Part shown: piece after piece, positions 1-5,452 of the stretch
How positions within the stretch are numbered: the stretch's first letter is position 1
Layout: each line of letters opens with the position of its first letter
IMG/VR virus record: IMGVR_UViG_2563366846_000008
Source: a virus
Taxonomy: Duplodnaviria; Heunggongvirae; Uroviricota; Caudoviricetes
Length of the DNA stretch: 9,373 bases
Direction: 5' to 3' (one strand)
Translations under genes and position numbers: made by a program
Notes under the pieces: generated by a model
Database searches by the model: none
Told to the model about the DNA's origin: nothing
What the model saw: the letters and a program-made list of their open reading frames with translations, nothing else

Positions 1-750
1 ATGAGACGTGTTTTCTTGTTCACGCTGACGTGTGTTACAACTCTAATGTCTTTCGCTGTAGTTGCTGATAAGGGCGAACGCATGGACTTCGTTGCTGCAA
101 ATCAATGTCGGAGTCAGCCGGATGATGCAAAGCGGATAGAATGTTATGACAAAGCTGTAACTCCAACACGCACTAAAACATTAGAAAAGTTTGACAGCAG
201 GGATCAATGCAGGGAGGAGGCGTGGGAGAAAAAAAGGCTGTCTTGCTATGATCGTTTTTTTTCTCCAACATTCACTAATGCCAAAGTTGACAAAGTACAT
301 GAAGACAGTAGGGATGTTGGGAACTGGAAGGTTGATATAAAAACATCTCCAATCGATGACTCTAAAAATGTTGTTATCTTTGTTAATGGTAATGATTCTT
401 TTAGATCCCCGTTTGGAGACAACATAACCCCAACTCTTTATATTGCGTGTAGGGAAAATAAAACAGAACTGTTTATAGATTGGGATGTATACTTGGGGCT
501 GAACCAAACTACGATGATTCATCGAATAGATAAACAAAAAGCCATAAACAGAGAGTGGTCTATTTCAACAAATACAAAGGCCGTCTTTTATGATGGCAAT
601 GTGATTGATTTTATAAGAAAGTTACAAAATGGTAATCAGCTATTTGCTCAGATAACCCCATATAGTGAAAGCCCGGTGAGCACAACCTTTAATCTCAAAG
701 GTCTTTCTGAAGTTATTAAACCATTACAAGAATCATGTAACTGGAAATAA
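1..750 (+). CDS. Secreted hypothetical protein with N-terminal signal peptide and tandem Cys-pair repeats; A+T-rich cargo gene
   Basis: ORF from ATG at position 1 to TAA at 748-750 (249 aa). N-terminus MRRVFLFTLTCVTTLMSFAVVA looks like a Sec signal peptide. Two copies of a C-x12-C-Y-D motif (QCRSQPDDAKRIECYDK and QCREEAWEKKRLSCYDR). Visibly more A+T-rich than the tail genes. The upstream region is outside the window, so RBS and true start cannot be checked. Confidence 0.7.
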   Translation: MRRVFLFTLTCVTTLMSFAVVADKGERMDFVAANQCRSQPDDAKRIECYDKAVTPTRTKTLEKFDSRDQCREEAWEKKRLSCYDRFFSPTFTNAKVDKVHEDSRDVGNWKVDIKTSPIDDSKNVVIFVNGNDSFRSPFGDNITPTLYIACRENKTELFIDWDVYLGLNQTTMIHRIDKQKAINREWSISTNTKAVFYDGNVIDFIRKLQNGNQLFAQITPYSESPVSTTFNLKGLSEVIKPLQESCNWK

Positions 751-773
751 CTATTGGTGTTGTTTTCCGAATA

Positions 774-804
774 ATAGCCCCGCAATTGTATATTGCGGGG
801 CTAT
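774..804. terminator. Bidirectional intrinsic terminator between convergent genes
   Basis: Perfect 13-bp inverted repeat ATAGCCCCGCAAT (774-786) / ATTGCGGGGCTAT (792-804) with a 5-nt loop TGTAT, followed by TGTTTG on the + strand. Sits between the stop of the 1..750 gene and the stop of the 828..1124 minus-strand gene. Confidence 0.6.
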
Positions 805-827
805 TGTTTGGGTCTGATTGTCAGGCA

Positions 828-1124
828 TCAGCCATATTTACGGGCAAAATCTTCATCAGAGGTGCATAGATAGATAAAAAATTCAATAAATGCCACGATT
901 GCCGGAATGAATGTCCAGCAAAAAATAAGGTAAAGGAATCCTTGCCCCACTTTACCTAAATAAAATTTGTGTGCACCAAGACCACCTAAAAAGAAAGCCA
1001 GTAGTGCGGCTGTCATTCTGCTTTTTGAACTTGCTGTTCTTTGAGGTGCTCCACAATTGGGGCAGGATGTGGCATCTTTATGTATTTCCTTGCCGCATCC
1101 GCGACAAAATACCATTTCACTCAT
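828..1124 (-). CDS. Zinc-ribbon plus TM2-domain small membrane protein (NINE/YozV-like)
   Basis: 98-aa ORF. N-terminal CxxC...CxxC zinc ribbon (CRGCG...CPNCG) followed by a TM2-type hydrophobic core (LLAFFLGGLGAHKFYLGKVGQGFLYLIFCWTFIPAIVAFIEFFIYL). RBS AAAGGAA about 7 nt upstream of the ATG at 1124 on the minus strand. Convergent with the 1..750 gene and shares its terminator. Confidence 0.8.
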   Translation of the reverse strand: MSEMVFCRGCGKEIHKDATSCPNCGAPQRTASSKSRMTAALLAFFLGGLGAHKFYLGKVGQGFLYLIFCWTFIPAIVAFIEFFIYLCTSDEDFARKYG

Positions 1125-1157
1125 AAAGAGTTCCTTTCAAATTTAAACAAGCGTTAA

Positions 1158-1180
1158 GCCCACCACTCTTACTGGTGGGC
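1158..1180. other. GC-rich stem-loop (8-bp stem GCCCACCA/TGGTGGGC, 7-nt loop) flanked by an 8-bp direct repeat AATTTAAA
   Basis: Inverted repeat read directly: GCCCACCA at 1158-1165 and TGGTGGGC at 1173-1180. AATTTAAA occurs at 1140-1147 and again at 1184-1191. Lies between the hok-like ORF and the TM2 gene; could terminate the hok-like transcript on the minus strand. Confidence 0.35.
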
Positions 1181-1228
1181 CTCAATTTAAATTTGGGTGC
1201 CACTTCGACCTTACCCTGGCAACCGATT

Positions 1229-1251
1229 GACGGGGGATTGCTCCCCCCGTC
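1229..1251. other. GC-rich stem-loop immediately 3' of the hok-like ORF (minus-strand sense)
   Basis: GACGGGGG (1229-1236) and CCCCCGTC (1244-1251) form an 8-bp stem with a 7-nt loop. It lies about 10 nt downstream of the hok-like stop codon on the minus strand. Hok-family mRNAs carry structured 3' ends, but this assignment is inference. Confidence 0.35.
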
Positions 1252-1260
1252 GCGGTTTCC

Positions 1261-1401
1261 TTACTGCTTACACTGTAAGAACGCCGCAAACTCCGCTCCC
1301 CAGAAGCTCATCCGTATTTCACACAGCGAACCGTGCAGCATCCAGATGATGAGGATTGCCGTCACGCAGAACGTGATGGCCGTAAGCGATTTTTGCGACA
1401 T
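1261..1401 (-). CDS. hok: Hok/Gef-family type I toxin (small membrane toxin), not in the supplied ORF track
   Basis: Manual minus-strand translation from the ATG at 1401-1399 to the TAA at 1263-1261 gives 46 aa: MSQKSLTAITFCVTAILIIWMLHGSLCEIRMSFWGAEFAAFLQCKQ. It has one hydrophobic transmembrane stretch followed by SLCEIR...AAF, which matches the Hok-family pattern as I recall it (R1 Hok ...KSLCEIR...EVAAF...; HokA-like ...AAFLACK). RBS AAGGAG about 9 nt upstream. Overlapped by a longer upstream ORF in another frame, as mok overlaps hok. Confidence 0.55.
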   Translation of the reverse strand: MSQKSLTAITFCVTAILIIWMLHGSLCEIRMSFWGAEFAAFLQCKQ

Positions 1402-1504
1402 AGCGCTTGCTCCTTTTTCGGGGAGGCGCTAACCTATCACTTGCTAAGGGTAGATGGTTAGGGCCTCGGGTTAACGTTAAAGTTGACTCGGGGCTTTTCC
1501 ACAT
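1319..1504 (-). CDS. mok-like overlapping leader reading frame upstream of and overlapping the hok-like ORF
   Basis: 61-aa minus-strand ORF (MWKSPESTLTLTRGP...) starting at 1504 and overlapping the hok-like ORF (1401-1261) in a different frame, as mok does with hok in plasmid R1. Sequence is not recognisably conserved; called on architecture only. Confidence 0.3.
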   Translation of the reverse strand: MWKSPESTLTLTRGPNHLPLASDRLAPPRKRSKRYVAKIAYGHHVLRDGNPHHLDAARFAV

Positions 1505-1592
1505 CTGGCCTTCGGGTATTCCCTCCGACCATCAGCCGAAAGGCACCCGCGCGTAATCTATCGCTTTTTTGTTACTCCGGCAATTCTGCCTG

Positions 1593-1853
1593 TTAATTCT
1601 GAGGTAAAGGCAAACTCATCTGATTGTTTCCCCTGTGTGAAGCTGGCAGCTCATGCCACGGGATACCTTCTGAAGAGTGAACGCCGGAGGCGTGTTTTGA
1701 TGTGAATTTATGGAAAGCTTCCAGTGTTGAGAAGCATACGCCGCATTCCAGATTGTTACACTGGTAATACTTTTGCCGCACGGTGTTTGAATCATTTTCC
1801 GGACGACTGGTGCGGATACGGGCAGATGCGCCACAAAGCGGACAACGGAACAT
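1593..1853 (-). CDS. ogr: Ogr/Delta-family zinc-finger late-gene transcription activator
   Basis: 86-aa ORF beginning MFRCPLCGASARIRTSR...YYQCNNLECGVCF, the CxxC...CxxxxC zinc-finger N-terminus typical of P2 Ogr. Consensus SD AAGGGAGG 5 nt upstream of the ATG at 1853. Sits immediately downstream of gene D on the same strand, as in P2. Confidence 0.85.
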   Translation of the reverse strand: MFRCPLCGASARIRTSRPENDSNTVRQKYYQCNNLECGVCFSTLEAFHKFTSKHASGVHSSEGIPWHELPASHRGNNQMSLPLPQN

Positions 1854-1895
1854 AGCGACCTCCCTTAACGTGGTGCTGCCGCTATTCTAAGTTGC

Positions 1896-3005
1896 TCACT
1901 CTGTTTCCGCTATCCATTCCGGGATTTTTGCCTCAAGCTCAAGCTGCGTGGTAAAGCCACTGTTATCAATGGTGTGCTCGGCTTTCGCAATAATCCAGTC
2001 CTGATTATCAATCTCGCTTTTAAATCCTGTTACCGTGCCATGCATTTCGGGGTAGAGTTCTGCTCGTCCACGTGCCAGCGTGATGGAGAATGATGCGGCT
2101 CCGCGTTGTAGTTGTTGCCACTTTGCCGCCGCTGCGCGTCTTGCTGCCTGCTCGTTCTGATAAGTCTTGCGTAACACAAACACATTGCCTTCCGCGCCTT
2201 CCATATAATCACCTTCACGGCTGCTGCTTTTCTCCTTTTTGGGCTTGGGCGGTTTGCGGCGTTTCACGCTGACTTTTTTCTTTTTCCCGTAATTAAGATC
2301 AAGCCAGTAAGCGCGTACCCCCGTATACGCTTCGCGGTCAGCAATGCGGAACTGATGGCGATCGCCGCTGCTGCGTGTAATGGCGAACGATGGCAACGGC
2401 TGGCCCTGTGCGTTCACGCCACCGCCGGGCATGATGAATAACAGATTACCGCTTTTTACCGTGGTGATTGCGCCCAGCATTTCCGCCATGCGCGTAAGGA
2501 AGGACATGTCACTTTCTTCGGTCTGGTCGGCGTGGTCGATTTCGATATCCATCAGCATTTCGCTGATTTGCGGTTTCAGACCGTACCGATGAGCGATGGC
2601 GGATACCACACGCTCAACGGTCACATCATGCCAGGACACCTCACGTTTAACGTTAAATTCATCCCGAAAATCTGCGCTTCTGGCTGAAACAGTCAGCCTG
2701 TCCGGCGGTCCTTCGTGAGCGATTTCATCAACAATGTAAGTGCCTTTTTCTGTCAGCGGTTCTCCTTTCCAGCCAATGAGAACCGTCAGGCGCGCGCCCC
2801 GTGGCGGTAGCTGCAACTGACCATCCGCATCATCCAGCGTGATGGTGAGCTGGTCTGCTTCAAATCCCCGGTTGTCGGTCAGTGACAGACTCATCAGGCG
2901 CTCTGCCACGCCGGACAGCGTTTCCCCCTCCGCGAGAATATCAAAATCCGGCATTTTCACGGGGTCTGTGCTCTGACTGAGCAATTGCATGGTGGTGTCG
3001 GTCAT
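1896..3005 (-). CDS. D: Phage tail protein D (gpD, late control gene D / baseplate hub family)
   Basis: Translation carries gpD-like blocks (SLSLTDNRGFEADQL..DDADGQL, SARSADFRDEFNVKREVSWHD, FLTRMAEMLG, a Lys-rich linker KKKKVSVKRRKPPKPKKEK, GFTTQLELE). Start preferred at the ATG at 3005 (MTDTTMQ...), which has a strong SD GGGAGGG 4-5 nt upstream; the in-frame ATG at 3026 has no SD. Confidence 0.9.
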   Translation of the reverse strand: MTDTTMQLLSQSTDPVKMPDFDILAEGETLSGVAERLMSLSLTDNRGFEADQLTITLDDADGQLQLPPRGARLTVLIGWKGEPLTEKGTYIVDEIAHEGPPDRLTVSARSADFRDEFNVKREVSWHDVTVERVVSAIAHRYGLKPQISEMLMDIEIDHADQTEESDMSFLTRMAEMLGAITTVKSGNLLFIMPGGGVNAQGQPLPSFAITRSSGDRHQFRIADREAYTGVRAYWLDLNYGKKKKVSVKRRKPPKPKKEKSSSREGDYMEGAEGNVFVLRKTYQNEQAARRAAAAKWQQLQRGAASFSITLARGRAELYPEMHGTVTGFKSEIDNQDWIIAKAEHTIDNSGFTTQLELEAKIPEWIAETE

Positions 3006-3161
3006 CTTTCCCTCCCTGTGCGGCATGGTCGCATGTGCGTGCGGAGTGGGTTACTGCTTTTTGTTGTCGCCGTGGCGGGAGAACGGCGCAGGGGTGAGAT
3101 TACGCGCGTGGTGGGTGATGATTGTTGCCGAATCATTTAACGGATACAAGGGGCTGAAGCT
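3006..3161. promoter_or_regulatory. Divergent intergenic region between D (-) and FI (+); presumed late promoter region for the sheath operon
   Basis: 156-bp non-coding gap between two divergently oriented genes with strong RBSs on both sides. Contains a GC-rich dyad CGCCGT-N9-ACGGCG (3068-3088). No clean Ogr-type TGT-N12-ACA box was found by eye, so the promoter call is positional inference only. Confidence 0.35.
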
Positions 3162-4346
3162 ATGAGTGAAACTCGTTTTCATGGTGCCCGTGTCACGGAA
3201 AGTACCGACCTGGTAACAGCGATTAATGATGTTGATTCCAGCGTTATCGGTATCGTGGCAACGGCGGATGATGCGGATGCGGAGCTGTTCCCGCTGAACA
3301 AGCCCACACTGCTGACCCGCGTCAATGACGTGCTGGGAAAATGCGGTACTACGGGGACGCTTTATCGTGCGCTTAAGGCTATCGCAGACCAGGTGAGCAC
3401 AAAGGTGATCGTCGTTCGCGTGGCTGAACACAAAAAAGAAGGCGGTAAGACGCAGGATCAACTGGTTATCGGTGGTTCTGAGGATGACGGCAGCTATACG
3501 GGGATGTATGCGCTGCTTGTTGCAGAGCAGGATGAAAGCATCGGATACCGTCCGCGCATTCTGGCTGCGCCGGAGCTGGACACGGAGGCGGTGACAAAAT
3601 CTCTGTGCGTGATTGCAGGTAAACTGCGCGCGTTTGTGTATGCCTCATGTCATGGCTGTGACACGATGGCCGAGGCAATTACCTACCGCCAGAAATTCAA
3701 CGAACGTGAGGTGATGCTCTTATGGCCGGACTTTATCGCCTACAACCCGAAAAGTGGCAAAAACGAAACGTTCCCCGCGCCTGCCTATGCGTGCGGCCTT
3801 CGTGCGTACATTGACCATGAGCAGGGCTGGCACAAATCGCTGTCCAACGTTCCGGTTAAAAATGTGCTGGGGATGTCCAGGCATGTGTTCTGGTCGTTGC
3901 AGGCCGAAGACAGTGATGCCAACAGCCTCAACAACAAAGAAATCACGACCATTATTCGTCGCAACGGGTTCCGCTTCTGGGGCAACCGCACACCGGAAAC
4001 GAACGCCTACATCTTTGAGGTGTATACCCGAACCGCACAGGTGCTGGCTGATTCAATTGCGGAAGCGCAGTTTGAAACCATCGACAGTCCACTGACGCCT
4101 GCGAACGTGAAGGATGTTATCAGTGCCATCAGGGCAAAACTGGATTCACTGGTTACTGCCGGGAAACTGATTGGTGCGGAGTGCTGGTATGACGTGGTGG
4201 ATAACGGCACCACGAATTTACGTCAGGGGCGTGTGCGTATTCGCTACAAATATACGCCTGTTCCCCCGCTGGAAGACATGGAGCTTTACCAGTCGTTTAC
4301 TGATGAATTCTTTGGTCCCGCATTTGCGGTGCTGGGAGGTGCCTGA
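3162..4346 (+). CDS. FI: Contractile tail sheath protein (P2 gpFI family)
   Basis: 394-aa ORF with RBS AAGGGG 8 nt upstream. Conserved sheath blocks (FPLNKPTLLT, KLRAFVYASCHGC, YRQKFNEREVMLLWPDF, HEQGWHKSLSNV, IRRNGFRFWGNRT, YKYTPVPPLEDM) match P2 FI as recalled. Stop TGA overlaps the FII start (TGATG). Confidence 0.95.
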   Translation: MSETRFHGARVTESTDLVTAINDVDSSVIGIVATADDADAELFPLNKPTLLTRVNDVLGKCGTTGTLYRALKAIADQVSTKVIVVRVAEHKKEGGKTQDQLVIGGSEDDGSYTGMYALLVAEQDESIGYRPRILAAPELDTEAVTKSLCVIAGKLRAFVYASCHGCDTMAEAITYRQKFNEREVMLLWPDFIAYNPKSGKNETFPAPAYACGLRAYIDHEQGWHKSLSNVPVKNVLGMSRHVFWSLQAEDSDANSLNNKEITTIIRRNGFRFWGNRTPETNAYIFEVYTRTAQVLADSIAEAQFETIDSPLTPANVKDVISAIRAKLDSLVTAGKLIGAECWYDVVDNGTTNLRQGRVRIRYKYTPVPPLEDMELYQSFTDEFFGPAFAVLGGA

Positions 4347-4858
4347 TGGCTGTACCAAAACATCTTCGCTTTTTTACGTTGTTTGTGGATGGTGAAAACG
4401 AAGTGGGTAAAGTGACATCCGTCACGCCGCCCAAACTGACGCGCAAAACCGACAGCTATCGTGGTGGTGGCATGATGGGGGCAGTAAGTATTGATCTCGG
4501 TCTGGACGACTCCGCACTTGATGCGAGTTTTGTCATGGGGGGAGCTGTTCGTGCGCTGTTCCTTAAATATGGCGGCACGATTGACGGCACGCTGCTGCGT
4601 TTTGCGGGTGAATACTACACCGATGCAGAAAGCGATCTGTATGAAATCGAGATGCGCGGGCGTGTGACGGAAATTGATATGGGGGAAGCCAAACAGGGCG
4701 AAGCCACATCACACACTTACGCTGTCAAAAACACCTACTACAAGCTGAGCGTTAACGATCGCCCGCTGTGGGAAATCGACCTGTTGAACCACATCTACCG
4801 GAAGGACGGCAAGGACATTGTGCCTGACCGCATCCGTTCCGCGCTTGGGCTTGGCTGA
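4346..4858 (+). CDS. FII: Tail tube protein (P2 gpFII family)
   Basis: 170-aa ORF translationally coupled to FI (ATG overlaps the FI TGA; GGGAGG 6 nt upstream). Motifs VTPPKLTRKTDSYRGGGMMGAVSIDLGLDD and LRFAGEY...EIEMRGRVTEIDMGEAKQGE resemble P2 FII. Size and position immediately after the sheath gene fit. Confidence 0.95.
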   Translation: MAVPKHLRFFTLFVDGENEVGKVTSVTPPKLTRKTDSYRGGGMMGAVSIDLGLDDSALDASFVMGGAVRALFLKYGGTIDGTLLRFAGEYYTDAESDLYEIEMRGRVTEIDMGEAKQGEATSHTYAVKNTYYKLSVNDRPLWEIDLLNHIYRKDGKDIVPDRIRSALGLG

Positions 4859-4871
4859 TAAGTAATATGCA

Positions 4872-4890
4872 GGCGGCGCAGTGCGTCGCC
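4872..4890 (+). other. Intergenic stem-loop between tube gene and gene E (possible attenuator or mRNA-stability element)
   Basis: GGCGGCGC (4872-4879) / GCGTCGCC (4883-4890) forms an 8-bp stem with one G-U pair and a 3-nt loop. It is not followed by a T-run, so it is not a canonical intrinsic terminator. Confidence 0.35.
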
Positions 4891-4913
4891 TCTGACTGAA
4901 AAGGAGACAACTG

Positions 4914-5288
4914 ATGAAAGACATCGATACTGAAACCCGGAATAACACCGTGGCGGATGATGTGACGGCAGGTGAGGATATGGCTGTCGAACGTGGCGTA
5001 AAACTGACCCGACCAATTGAGCGTGGTGGCGAAAAAATCACGTATGTGGAGATCACCGGGGCTATTGAACAGGCTGGATCCCTGCGTGGTCTGTCGCTGT
5101 CTGATGTGCTGAATCTGAAAGCGGATACCATGTTCACGCTGTTGCCTCGCGTGACCTCGCCACGACTGGATGAAGTGATGATTAAAAAAATGTCGTCACG
5201 CGATTTTATTCAGTTGTGCGCTGTGGCTGTAAATTTTATGAGCGAGCCAGACTCTGGCGCGAAGAGCGTGCAGGCGACGGCAGCGTAA
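4914..5288 (+). CDS. E: Tail assembly chaperone gpE (zero-frame product)
   Basis: 124-aa ORF with RBS AAGGAG upstream. Lies between tube and tape-measure genes, the conserved position of the tail chaperone. Its 3' part is overlapped by a -1 frame that is open from 5186 to 5452. Confidence 0.85.
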   Translation: MKDIDTETRNNTVADDVTAGEDMAVERGVKLTRPIERGGEKITYVEITGAIEQAGSLRGLSLSDVLNLKADTMFTLLPRVTSPRLDEVMIKKMSSRDFIQLCAVAVNFMSEPDSGAKSVQATAA

Positions 5289-5452
5289 TCACCCTGGTGT
5301 GCTTTGAGCACATCGAAGATCTGGTGGCAGATATCGCCGCCATTTTTAACTGGTCGCCCGCCGAAATCTTCATGATGACGCCCGGCGAAGTGGTTAGCTG
5401 GCGTGAGCGGGCGGCACTTCGCAGCGGGAATGCAGACAATGAAGACTCTTGA
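4914..5452 (+). CDS. E+E': gpE+E' tail chaperone fusion made by programmed -1 ribosomal frameshift
   Basis: The -1 frame relative to E is open from 5186 (after TAA at 5183-5185) to TGA at 5450-5452 and overlaps the start of T. Candidate slip sites inside the overlap are the A7 run at 5184-5190 and the heptamer A_AAT_TTT at 5231-5237. The chaperone frameshift between tube and tape-measure genes is conserved in long-tailed phages and known in P2 E/E'. The exact slip site is not determined. Confidence 0.6.

Noticed and set aside
181-537. 118-aa minus-strand ORF antisense to the secreted-protein gene
   Set aside because: Antisense to a CDS with a clear signal peptide and sensible frame. A+T-rich DNA readily gives such ORFs on the opposite strand.
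1175-1432. 85-aa + strand ORF across the hok-like region
   Set aside because: Antisense to the hok-like and mok-like frames, no RBS, no recognisable motif. The hok-like minus-strand ORF explains the region better.
1125-1600. Search for a tRNA or sRNA 3' end marking a prophage attachment core next to ogr
   Set aside because: No TTCGAAT-type T-loop with acceptor stem and CCA was seen. The GC hairpins present have loops that do not fit tRNA T-arms, and the interval did not match the CyaR sRNA as I recall it. An att core cannot be called from this window alone.
1616-1834. 72-aa minus-strand ORF overlapping ogr in another frame
   Set aside because: Fully contained within the ogr CDS, whose zinc-finger translation is clearly the real frame.
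2030-2592. Small ORFs (60-70 aa) on both strands inside gene D
   Set aside because: Nested in or antisense to the gpD CDS. No start signals or motifs.
3051-3461. 136-aa minus-strand ORF antisense to the 5' end of the sheath gene
   Set aside because: Overlaps the strongly supported FI CDS on the opposite strand and has no recognisable features. Its stop happens to fall in the D/FI gap but does not correspond to a gpU-like C-terminus.
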